This document shows positions 12,130-23,691 of a stretch of 64,000 bases of DNA, one piece after another. The stretch covers positions 372,001-436,000 of the forward strand of contig MU008185.1 of NCBI GenBank assembly GCA_010909165.1, given 5' to 3'. Made by a program: the position numbers and the translations under genes. The notes under the pieces are model-generated. The model searched no databases. It was not told the DNA's origin and saw only the letters and a program-made list of their open reading frames with translations. How positions within the stretch are numbered: the stretch's first letter is position 1; the number at the start of each line of letters is the position of its first letter. The stretch comes from Anthoceros angustus. Taxonomy: Eukaryota; Plantae; Anthocerotophyta.

Positions 12130-14237
12130 TACACGTCCGCATCTTTCTTCCATCAGGTCATCAAGAGGTGCATTGCACACAAAGATCTGGGTGCTGGCAG
12201 GGTGTGCATACCCTGATTGTCAGAAGTGGGTATGTGGCAGCAGATTCTTGGCTAATCACGTCATCGCGTGTATGCTGCCTATGGGAGGTTGGAGGATGCG
12301 TTGCAGGTTTTGAATGGATTGGCTGCTCCCAATGCTTATTCGTGGTCCTCCAGAGTTGAGGCACATGTTGACAATGGACAGGCCAGGCAGGCAATCGAGA
12401 TCTATTTGAGGATGGAACAGTCATCCCTATGTTGGCAGCTAATCTTCTGTTTGTGGCAGCATTTAAGGCTTGTGCCAGTGCAGAAGATCTGACATCAGGC
12501 AGACAGGTCCATTCCGATGTCCTGAGTAGTGTGCTTGAGCCTGATGTGTTTGTTGGGAGCTGCCTGGTGGAAATGTATGCAAGATGTGGGAGGTTGGATG
12601 ATGCTCGCACAATCTTTGACAAGTTGGACTCGAGAAACGTGGTCACATGGAATACGGTGCTTGGAGGGTATGCTCAGGGTGGGCGTGGGCAAGAAGCCCT
12701 TGCGCTCTATGCAAGTATGCAAGAGGAGGAATCCACCTGCCTGACCATGTCACGTTTTGTGCCTCCTCAAAGCATGTGCTAGCAGTGGAACACGACACCA
12801 GGAAGGCAGCTTCATTCACAAATACAGGAAGCAGGTGTCGGATCTGAGGTGATGGTGGGAGCTGCCTCATAGATATGTATGCAAGATGTGGAAGCTTGGA
12901 TGATGCCCGGACTGCCTTTGACAACATGACCAGAAGAAATGTGGTGACCTGGAACGTGATGCTCGCAAGATATGCTGATGGTGGGCTAGGTGAAGAAGCC
13001 CTGTCTCTTTATGCAACTATGCAACAGGAGGGCGTTACTTCAGCAGATCACGTAACTTTGTGTGCCTTCTGAAAGCATGTAAAAGCATCGGGGCATTGGA
13101 GCAGGAAGGCAGCTACATGACCAGGTTCAGGAGATGGGCTGCAAGTTGACGTGGTCATTTCGAGCTGCCTGGTGGACATGAATGCAAAGTGTGGGAGCTG
13201 AGAGGATGCCCGCAGGGTGTGCATACCCTGATTGTCAGAAGTGGGTATGTGGCAGCAGATTCTTGGCTAATCACGTCATCCGCGTGTATGCTGCCTATGG
13301 GAGGTTGGAGGATGCGTTGCAGGTTTTGAATGGATTGGCTGCTCCCAATGCTTATTCGTGGTCCTCCAGAGTTGAGGCACATGTTGACAATGGACAGGCC
13401 AGGCAGGCAATCGAGATCTATTTGAGGATGGAACAGTCATCCCTATGTTGGCAGCTAATCATCTGTTTGTGGCAGCATTTAAGGCTTGTGCCAGTGCAGA
13501 AGATCTGACATCAGGCAGACAGGTCCATTCCGATGTCCTGAGTAGTGTGCTTGAGCCTGATGTGTTTGTTGGGAGCTGCCTGGTGGAAATGTATGCAAGA
13601 TGTGGGAGGTTGGATGATGCTCGCACAATCTTTGACAAGTTGGACTCGAGAAACGTGGTCACATGGAATACGGTGCTTGGAGGGTATGCTCAGGGTGGGC
13701 GTGGGCAAGAAGCCCTTGCGCTCTATGCAAGTATGCAAGAGGAGGAATCCACCTGCCTGACCATGTCACGTTTTGTGCCTCCTCAAAGCATGTGCTAGCA
13801 GTGGAACACGACACCAGGAAGGCAGCTTCATTCACAAATACAGGAAGCAGGTGTCGGATCTGAGGTGATGGTGGGAGCTGCCTCATAGATATGTATGCAA
13901 GATGTGGAAGCTTGGATGATGCCCGGACTGCCTTTGACAACATGACCAGAAGAAATGTGGTGACCTGGAACGTGATGCTCGCAAGATATGCTGATGGTGG
14001 GCTAGGTGAAGAAGCCCTGTCTCTTTATGCAACTATGCAACAGGAGGGCGTTACTTCAGCAGATCACGTAACTTTGTGTGCCTTCTGAAAGCATGTAAAA
14101 GCATCGGGGCATTGGAGCAGGAAGGCAGCTACATGACCAGGTTCAGGAGATGGGCTGCAAGTTGACGTGGTCATTTCGAGCTGCCTGGTGGACATGAATG
14201 CAAAGTGTGGGAGCTGAGAGGATGCCCGCAGGGTGTG
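12130..14237 (+). pseudogene. PLS-class pentatricopeptide-repeat gene (frameshifted as assembled; start approximate)
   Basis: Typical motifs: VFVGSCLVEMYARCGRLDDARTIFDKLDSRNVVTWNTVLGGYAQGG and MYARCGSLDDARTAFDNMTRRNVVTWNVML. No E/DYW domain recognised. Confidence 0.85.
12197..14237 (+). repeat. 1016-bp near-perfect tandem duplication within the PPR gene
   Basis: ORF pairs are offset by 1016 (12429/13445, 12875/13891). GCAGGGTGTG occurs at 12197, 13212 and 14228. Confidence 0.95.
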
Positions 14238-14887
14238 ACTGCCATTGCTTCTGGGAAGCTACGTGCATCCACGACTTGCTCCAAAGACAGCTCACCTTGG
14301 GAGCATCACGTGGCAGAGGAATATACCTGTTCTACAAAGCAGTCTTAGTGAGATGAAAGAGCATCGCTTGACGGGGTCAAGAGGAACGTGCCTCATGTTC
14401 TGAAGTTCTGGAGCCCAGCAGACAGTGTACGGATTGGGGCTGGACATCTCGCTTCCTTTCACGGAAGAGCCATCTTCATGGACGAAGAGAGAGAGTGCAG
14501 CGCTCCTGAGGCTGACAGCCACTCACAAGGCATCCGACAAAGCACAGAAAAATGTCGTCCGAAACCACTGGTGTCAGGAATGCCTTGTCGTGCAAAGTCC
14601 ACAGTGTAGACAGGTTGGGAACAAGTAGCTAGAGGGCGCCTTTGCAGGCGTGCAGAAGTTGCTCCACTGCATGCTTCTCCGCGCCGCTGGCCAGCACTGG
14701 CCAGCAGAAGTGGATTCGAATCTCCCAATCACACTTGCACGCTTTTCGTTGCAACTTGCAAGAGCCCACATTGATCCATATAAGATAATTGGGATGAGCA
14801 GGAAGTGGAGTGGGACGCCGTTTGCTCTGCTTGCCTTTTCTTGCAAGTCCTCCTGAGAAGGTGGGACGTTGTTGTGGAGGTTGGGCT

Positions 14888-17800
14888 ATGGCTGATCCAT
14901 CTCTTCCTGCCGGCGCCGCTGGTGGACCTGCTCGAGATCCTCGAGTCCCGCTCGCCGCAGCTGCGTGCGTTGCTTGCAGAGCTGGAGTCCGACTCGCCAA
15001 AGCGGCAGGAACTGCCATCTGTTGATTCGTGGGAAGCTACTTCAATTGCGACTGCCAGGACGGGGAATGTCACCACCGCGAGGAGTGGCACTGGGCGGTG
15101 CGCTTGCGTCTGCTCACCGCTATCGGCAGATGCCGTACGCTCAGGAAGATTCAACTGAATCCTCTGTGGAAGAGGGTCACAGCGTGAGGCGGGACGAGGC
15201 GTTGGCGCTCTTTTCAGGCTTGCAACACAACCTTGTGCTGGAGGAGCTGAATCTGTTTGGCTACAAGGGGTTTGGGACGGCAGCAGCGTGCCTCCAGGCA
15301 CTGAGTGCTGTCATCGACAGAACTCATCGCTCACTGGACTTCCTCGGTCTGCAATCTGTGGGATTGAGTGCAGAAGGACTGGGTGCCATCGCTGCAGCCC
15401 TTGGACGCAATGTCAGCTCTTCAGTGCTGTCCAGATTGTCTCTGTGTGGGAACGACATCGGAATGCTGTCGGGGCGCAACACTTGGCCGACATCCTTACC
15501 AAGTCGCCCAAGCTGCGCAATCTCTGGATGAGCAACATAGGCATGGACGAGGAAGGAGCCGTGGTGATTGCAGGCCCTGGCGCATACCACTACACTGGCT
15601 GGGCTTAGAATCGGAGATCCTGCGCCCCGGAATCCAAACCGGCCCGCGCCCATGTTCCTCGTTCCATTGCTCCAAGCTTTGGTGTGGCACACCCTGGCGG
15701 ATCCTCCAGCTGCTGTTTCTGGCAATCACTCCATCACACGGCTTGTCCTTGAGTGTCCGGGAGGCCAGGAGGCTGTGGAGCCGGGGCTGGGAGAAGCCCT
15801 GGCTCAGGTGCTTCGCACCAACCGGGCTCTGAAAGACCTCAGACTATCCAGCTTCTTCGTCACACGCGGATTGGGAGCTCTGCGGGAAAACAGCAGCATC
15901 ACCAAACTCCTGGTGTTTCACTCGCGGCAGTCGGAGGATGATGACATGGATCCCATCCTGACCACCATCCTGGATGAGTGCAAGACTGTTGAGGAGGTTC
16001 AGATCCGGTTTGACAAGCCCTTTGGTCCGTCCAGCTTCACCAAGGCGTTTTTCAAGGGTTGCTGCAGAAAACCGCAGCATCAACAGGCTGGTGTTGGATG
16101 GCTGGGATGGGCTGGACGACGAGATGTTTGAAGACCTGATTCAATCCCTGTCTACCAACACCAACACCCACCTCAGGCTGGATCACATCTCCATCAAGGG
16201 CACCTCATGGGAAAAGCAAGGCAGGGGCGAACGTCTGGAGAAAGCGTTGGGAGCTGCGCGAGTGCAGCCGCAGCTGCGTGCGTTGCTCGCAGACTTGGAG
16301 TCCGAGTCGCCAGTGCTGCAAGAACTCCCATCTGTGGATTTGTGGGAAGCTATTTCGATTGCCTTTGCCAGGAGGCCTACAGGAGTGTCAACACCGGGGG
16401 CAGTGGCAGTGGTACGTACGCCTGCGCCTGCTCACAGCTATCGGCAAATGCCGGTCGCTGAGGAAGATTCATCTGAATCCTCCGGGAGGAGGGCACTTAC
16501 AGCGTGAGGAGGTAGAGGCGCTGGCTCTGCTATCAGGCTTGCAACACAACCTTGTGCTGGAGGAGCTGAATCTGTATGGCTACAAGGGGTTTGGGAGGGC
16601 ACCCTGCCTGCAGGCATTGACTGGCGTCATGGAGAGATGCTATTTCTCATTGGACTTGCTGGGTCTGCAACATCTGGGATTGAGTGCAGAAGGACTGGGT
16701 GTCATCGCTGCAGCCCTTGGACGCAACCGCAGCTCAGTGCTGTCCAGATTGTCTCTTTGTGGGAACGACATCGGGAATGCTGTCGGGGCGCAACACTTGG
16801 CCGACATCCTTACCAACTCGCCCAAGCTCCGCAATCTATGGATGAGCAACATAGGCATGAACGAGGAAGGAGCCGTGGTGATTGCACAGGCCCTGGCGCA
16901 TACCACTACACTGGCTGGGCTTAGAATCGGAGATCCTGCGCCCCGGAATCCAAACCAGCCCGCGCCCATGTTCCTCGTTCCATTGCTCCAAGCTTTGGTG
17001 TGGCACACCCTGGCGGATCCTCCAGCTGCTGTTTCTGGCAATCACTCCATCACACGGCTTGTCCTCGAGTGTCCGGGAGGCCAGGAGGCTGTGGAGCCGG
17101 GGCTGGGAGAAGCCCTGGCTCAGGTGCTTCGCACCAACCGGGCTCTGAAAGACCTCACACTATCCAGCTTCTTCGTCACACGCGGATTGGGAGCTCTGCG
17201 GGAAAACAGCAGCATCACCAAACTCCTGGTGTTCCACTCGCGGCAGTCGGAGGATGATGACATGGATCCCAACCTGACCGCCATCCTGGATGAGTGCAAG
17301 ACTGTTGAGGAGGTGCAGATCCGGTTTGACAAGCCCTTTGGTCCGTCCAGCTTCACCAAGGCGTTTTTCAAGGGTTGCTGCAGAAAACCGCAGCATCAAC
17401 ATGCTGGTGTTGGATGGCTGGGATGGGCTGGACGACGAGATGTTTGAAGACCTGATTCAATCCCTGTCTACCAACACCAACACCCACCTCAGGCTGGATC
17501 ACATCTCCATCAAGGGCACCTCATGGGAAAAGCAAGGCAGGGGCGAACGTCTGGAGAAAGCGTTGGGAGCTGCGCGAGTGCAGCCGCAGCTGCGTGCGTT
17601 GCTCGCAGACTTGGAGTCCGAGTCGCCAGTGCTGCAAGAACTCCCATCTGTGGATTTGTGGGAAGCTATTTCGATTGCCTTTGCCAGGAGGCCTACAGGA
17701 GTGTCAACACCGGGGGCAGTGGCAGTGGTACGTACGCCTGCGCCTGCTCACAGCTATCGGCAAATGCCGGTCGCTGAGGAAGATTCATCTGAATCCTCCG

Positions 17801-20800
17801 GGAGGATGGGCACTTACAGCGTGAGGGAGGTAGAGGCGCTGGCGCTGCTATCTGGCTTGCAACACAACCTTGTGCTGGAGGAGCTTAATTTGCTTGGCTA
17901 CGTGGGCTTTGGGACGGGACCCTGCCTGCAGGCATTGACTGGCGTCATGGAGAGATGCTATTTCTCATTGGACTTGCTGGGTCTGCAATATCTGGGATTG
18001 AGTGCAGAAGAACTGGGTGTCATCGCTGCAGCCCTTGGACGCAACCGCAGCTCAGTGCTGTCCAGATTGTCTCTTTGTGGGAACGATATCGGGAATGCTG
18101 TCGGGGCGCAACATTTGGCCGACATCCTGAGGAATTCGCCCGCCCTCTACAATCTCTTCATGAGCAATATTGGCATGGACGAGGAAGGAGCCGTGCTGAT
18201 TGCAGAGGCCCTGGCGAATACCACCACCCTGATCCGTCTCAGAATCGGAGACCCTGCGCCCCGGAATCCGAAGCAGCCGGCGCCCATGTTCATTGGTCCA
18301 ATTCTCGAAGCTTTGGTGTGGCACACGCCGGATTCGGAGAATCAGGAGGATTGTCATCCTCTGCTTCTAGAGCCACTTCCAATCGCTCCATCAGGCTGCT
18401 TGTTCTTGAGTGCCCAGGAGGCCAGCAGGCCGTGGAGCCGGGACTGGGAGAAGCCCTGGCTCGGTGCTGCGCACCAACCGTGCTCTCACTGACCTCAGAC
18501 TTGCCAGCTTCTTCGTCACACGCGGATTGGAAGCGCTACCTGAAAACAGCAGCATCACCCAACTCCAAGTAAGTCACACGCGGAATTCGGAGGATGATGA
18601 CATGGATCCTATGCTGATCACGATTCTTCAGGAGTGCAAGAATGTCCAGCAGCTGCAGCTTCAGTTTTATAAGCCCTTTGGTCCATCCAACTTCTCCAAG
18701 GCGTTTTTCCAAGGGTTGCGGGATAATCGTAGCATCAAGACGCTTGTGTTGGATGACTGCGAAGGATTGGATGACTACATGTTCCAGAACTTGATGCGGT
18801 CTCTGGGACGCAACTGCAACAACGTCCTGGAGAACATTTCCATCAAGAAAACAACCTGGGAAAGCGAAGGCAAAGGAATATACATCCAGAATGCTCTCTC
18901 AAGGAACATGCGCAGAAGAAGCGCTGCTCCGCAGGGTAGGTGCCCCAAGCCAGTAGCTAGCTACCCTTGTCCTGATTTGTATCTACAGTCAGAACCCACA
19001 AACTCAGATGTATACTGACCCCTTCTCACTTGTGCAGGTTCGGAAGAAGTGCCACCACCGGTCACTGCAACTGTGGCAACCTCTGATGCCGCAGCAGGTA
19101 ATGAACTACATGAATCCATGGATTTGATCCAACCACTTCCAAGCTGTTGTTGTTGTTGCAATTTGTACCGAATGCACCACTTGATGCTGCTGCTGGCAGG
19201 CAGTCTGATGATTGACTGATTGGCTGTTTTCCTTTTCACCACAATTTCCAGTTGCTGTTCCTGAGGAGCTCAGTGCCCTGCTTGCCGAGCTCGACTCACC
19301 TTCGCCTACACTCAGTAGTCTTCCTCGTGTGGAAGCGTTTGGGCACTTGTTCAAGAGGGACGTGGAACATCCACAGGTGGAACTTGAACTGCGCATGCGC
19401 CTCATGAAGGCTATCGGAAAATGCCCCACACTCAGATTCATAGATCTCGACCGTCTTGGGCGTCGAAATTACAGGGTGACGGTGGCAGAGGCGATGGCGC
19501 TGCTAGAAGGCCTGAGCTCGAATGCAATAGTGGAACGGCTGGACTTGAGTGGCTTCCTTGGTTTTGGAACAGGTGAAGTCTGCGCTGCAATCGCCGCTAT
19601 CTTGCAATCCAGCCGCACCTTGCAATTTCTGAATATGGGATACACTGGCATGACTGTCGAAGGACTGGCTTGCATTGCCCTACTGCGACATAATCGCAGC
19701 ACTGTGCTTCGCACCTTGTATCTTTCTGGAAACACGACTGTGGGAGAAGGTGTTGGAGCTCAACACCTGGCTGATATCCTGACCAGCACTCCCGCTCTTC
19801 GCAACCTGGGGATGTGGGATACAGGGATGGATGAGGCGGGAGCATTGATGATAGGGGATGCTCTGGCTCAGAACACCACACTTGACTGGCTGAACATAGG
19901 ATTCAATCAAGCGTGGAGGCCAAAGCAGGCAGGGATGATGGCCACGCTGTTAGCTCGAGCATTCACCCTGGCATGCTGGACGCAGACCAGGAGGCTGAAG
20001 GTGTTGCTCCCAAGCTTCCTTCTGTTAACGAGTCTGTCACACATCTCCAGCTGGAAGTATGGGGAGCAGGACAGCAGCCTGTCATCGCTGAGTTGGGAGA
20101 AGCTGTGGCCCGCATGCTGCGGTCGAACATGACTTTAAGGCATCTCGATGTATGTAGCTGCTTTATAAGCCAGGGATTGGAGGGCTGTGTGACAACAGCA
20201 GCGTTATCCGTGTGACAGTCCGACATGGTAGCTCTAGTGCTAAGGAGGACTACTGCAAGCTGATGCCAATACTGCAGAGTTGCCAGACAGTGGAAAGTTT
20301 ACAATTAGCTCAGAACAGTTTGGGACCTTTGGGATCATCCGACCTCCCGAAGACGTTTTTCAAATCGTTGCAGGACAATCGTTACCTCAACAGGTTGGTG
20401 TTGGATGGCTGGAAAGGGTTGGACGACAATATGTTCCAAGACCTGTTGCGGGCTCTGCAAGTGAACACCAATTTGAAGAGTATATCGTTCGAGAACACTG
20501 TGTGGAAAAGTCAGGAAAAGGAGCTGCAGTGGATGAACTACTACGCCAAAACAGGGAATACCGGAAAGCTCTGGCAGGGGCTCCAACAATGCCAGTGAAA
20601 TCATGTCGCCTCGTACTTTGTGGATTTCCATATGCAGGTGAGCCACGTGCTGAACCCAAAGTTTGTACATCCCCAAATGGCGTAGTTCGTGGCAGACTTC
20701 ACTGCAGTTGTTTCTGTCTTCTCTACATCTGTTTTCTTGTCTTAACGTTGTTTTCGTCTCCGGAGTGTAATCGGTGGTAAATGTTGCTGTTTCAGGAAAA

Positions 20801-23691
20801 CCACGATACGGAATACGTTGATGAGTATGCAAACACACGAAAACGATGTTGAGATGGAGGGTGAAACGATTTGAAGCACATACCTCGAACCCTTGGGTTT
20901 GAGGTTGAGGTGATAAAAGATGGTCCAGCCTTGAGAATTACCGTTTGGGATCTTGCAGGGCACCAGGAGTTTCATGCTCTTCACGATTTCGTCTTTCCTG
21001 CTGTGAATAACTCTTCTCTCTTCTTGTTTGTCTATAACCCGTTCAAATTTGGTGGTAATTATTCAAGTGCGGAAATGAAGGATAGAAAGGATTTTCGAGA
21101 TGAATTTATTTATTGGCTTAAATTTATTGCTTCCAACTCATGTTAGCTCAACAGGTGAAACCTTATGTTCATGTGGTGGTAACATTTGGTGACAAGCTTG
21201 AAGGTAGGATGTCTTGAAGGTTGCAATACGGAGGAAGTGTTGGTGATGAAGAAAAGTTCATGGCTGTTGTGGAAACATCCAATGAACCCACTTTCATCAA
21301 TGGACAGAGTTGGAAAGATGTGTATGCACTCGCAGCCTCATAGAGGAAAAGCTACAGCTTGTCAAAATTGGCCCCAATTCCCAATATTTGTGAGCAGACC
21401 CGTATACATGTGCAAAGATGGGCTGAGGATCAACAAGGTATGCCAATCATTTCTGTTGAGAAGTTTAGTGAATTGTTTCATAGCACATGTAAGGCGGCAA
21501 TAGGGCATCCACTCATCTCAGAGGATTACAGAAGATTTCTTCGAGACTTCATGGACAAAGAGGATAGCTGGAAAGTAGTAGCATCATATCTCAAGGATTC
21601 AGGGGAGATCATATATTTCCAAATGTCACGGCTTATGGTCATCAACCTCCGATGGTTAGGAATGGGCGTTTTTGGTCAGCTGATTAGTATATTTGGTGAA
21701 CCGGACAATATGCAAGATTTGCTTCAAGTTCAAAATGGGTTCATCAGCAAATATGGGTTGAGTAGCCTTCTAAAAGTGTCTTTGAACAAGGTCGGGCTTG
21801 ATGAAACCATTGTGAGCGAGGAACAATTCATCCAATTGATGCTTGAGTTACACCTTTGCTACGAAAGTAGAGATGAGGAAGGAGAAGTGCGTTATTTTGT
21901 TCCAATATGTATGCATAAAGAAGAAGATGGATCAGGTTGATCAACGATTAGTATGGCCTTCACACGGTGGTAATCTTCATGATTATATCTTTATGGGTTT
22001 GCGTCTACAATGCGATGATCAAGATTGTACATTCCTCACACCAGGATTTTTCCCTAGGTTACAGGTTTGTAACTTTTCTCAAGCTCACTATCTTTTGTTT
22101 TATGTCCTAGGAAACTTCTTCTTTTGTTTATTATTATTATTTACTGTTAACTAGTCTCATTGCCTATATATTGTAGGTACTTTTATACACATATTGTTTG
22201 ACAAAAGGCTGGGTTGATGAGGAAAGACCAATTGATTCAGGAATAAAATTGGAGCGTAATGTCCTTTTAATATCTGCAGAGGCATTGGATATCTTTGTGG
22301 AATTTAATGCCGAAATCGGTTGCTACATAGATATATTGGCCCGATCTACTCAAGGCTATTTAGAGTCCATGTCATTTCTGAAGCAACATATTGTATCTCA
22401 GATTCGGGCATTTTGTGCTTCGTATGAGGGTTGTCAGGGTTACATTGGTTGAAGGTGTTCTTCGACATGAATGTGTGGCATCCCTCACTCTATGTAGACA
22501 TAGGAGACACGAGTGTATCGGCGGATAAGCTAGTCAAAGCGGTGGCTGCTGCAAAGGACCGATGCTATGCTCACTACGCGCAGACTTGGAGGCTGTCTTG
22601 GGCACCGAGCTCTACACTCATTTTAAAGGCCAACATAGAGTATGCAACCGTGGTGAATGGTCATGTCATTTTGGGACAAAAGAGGACCTTGCCAAAGCCG
22701 AGCGAGTTCCAAGGTTGAAGCTCTCAATCCTGTGAATAGTTTGTTTTGCTAGGTGTCCATACTCGCACATGTAGTTTTCTAGCATTACACAAGTAGGCGT
22801 TTCTTGCAAACTCGAGGCTGTGCATTGCGGGATCAAAATCTAGCAGAGAAGTTGCTGAGACTTCTACACTATCCCATAAGTAGTGCAAGTGCGAAAGAAG
22901 AACCTTTTGTTGGGAGTAGTTATCCTAACCATGGTGTGGAAGGAGGCAAACGAAGAGGTTTGGCAATGATTGTGAGTATGGAAGTGGACAGACCTGGAGG
23001 AGCTGTAGACAGAGGGCGACTTGAAGCTCTTTTTGAGACTTTGGCATTTGATACTAATATATTAGTGGACGGTTCTGAGAGTGTGAAAGCACGATTTAGG
23101 AGCGTTGCCAAACTCCCTACCTTAGCTAAGGACGATTGCTTTCTGTGTTGCATCAATGCTCATGGGGGGATTGAAGAAGATGGCAGACAATACATTCTCA
23201 TAAGTGGAGCACGGCGGGAGAAGCTATATGTTGATGATGACATCTTGAAGCCCATCTCTGAATCCACGTGGTTGAGAGACAAGCCCAAGGTGTTTTGATC
23301 AATGCTTGTCGAGGCACTGGTAGCCTTATCACAAGCGAGAAAGCTAAGGACTCTGAAGTTGAGAGTAGCCAAATGGTGAGCAAGAGAGCCGGAGAAGTCC
23401 GATTCCTGCATTCTGTGAAGGATTGTCTCATCTTCTTCTCGACCAGTCATGGACAACAATCCTTTAGAGATGTTGAGAAAGGCACAAACTTTATCACAGC
23501 TTTGATGAAAGCCATCATTCAGGGGTCTCGAAGAAGGGATGATGTGTACAGCATTTTAACATCAGTGATTGCCGAGGTCACGGAGATAGAAGTCAAGCTC
23601 CCAAGTGAAGCAGGAAGGCGCCCTGAGAAGAGATCCCAGTGTCGAGTTGTACTCCACACTCACAAAAAAGCTTTGCTGGTCTTTACCATAA
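14888..23691 (+). CDS. TORNADO1-like LRR-Roc-COR protein with C-terminal caspase domain, copy B (better preserved, still with several indels)
   Basis: ATG 14888. Long LRR ORFs 16278-17447, 17290-18492, 19212-20132. GT-AG introns at about 18936-19037, 19098-19251, 20638-20795, 22065-22176. Roc and COR ORFs 20871-21146, 21359-21940, 22198-22452. Caspase ORFs 22804-23298 and 23268-23756; STLTKKLCWSLP-TAA ends at 23691. Confidence 0.9.
20600..21300 (+). other. Roc GTPase domain of copy B
   Basis: G1 CRLVLCGFPYAG|KTT is split by an intron. G2-like RTLGFEV, G3 TVWDLAGHQEFHALHDFVFP, G4-like VVVTFGDK. Confidence 0.9.
21330..22600 (+). other. COR region, TORNADO1 type, of copy B
   Basis: YLKDSGEIIYF, VINLRWLG, QLMLELHLCYE, YFVP, GLRLQCDDQDCTFLTPGFFPRLQV, VTLVEGVLRHECV. 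Confidence 0.85.
22921..23691 (+). other. Caspase (peptidase C14, p20+p10) domain of copy B
   Basis: RRGLAMIV, DRPGGAVDRGRLEALFETLAF, DDCFLCCINAHG (His codon 23161), KPKVF/LINACRG (Cys codon 23307), DCLIFFSTSHGQQSFRDVEKGTNFITALMKAI, STLTKKL. Confidence 0.92.

Noticed and set aside
14240-14680. E/DYW deaminase domain after PPR gene 1
   Set aside because: No PGxSWIE, HSE or CxxC/DYW motifs found in any frame I could read.
170-20838. Numerous minus-strand and alternative-frame ORFs over the LRR modules
   Set aside because: These are shadow ORFs of GC-rich coding sequence or products of frameshifts; they carry no independent motifs.
23285-23300. Programmed ribosomal frameshift controlling caspase activity
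   Set aside because: There is no canonical slippery heptamer or evident stimulatory structure, and homopolymer under-calls occur throughout the window; sequencing error is the simpler explanation.
22921-23691. Caspase domain as animal contamination or a chimeric join
   Set aside because: It follows a TORNADO1-type COR colinearly in both independent copies, with no break in composition and plant PPR genes nearby. Read-level confirmation is still advisable.
22921-23691. Ordinary plant metacaspase
   Set aside because: It lacks D(S/A)CHS-type and acidic S1 motifs, and has xACRG, SFRD and STLTKKL instead.
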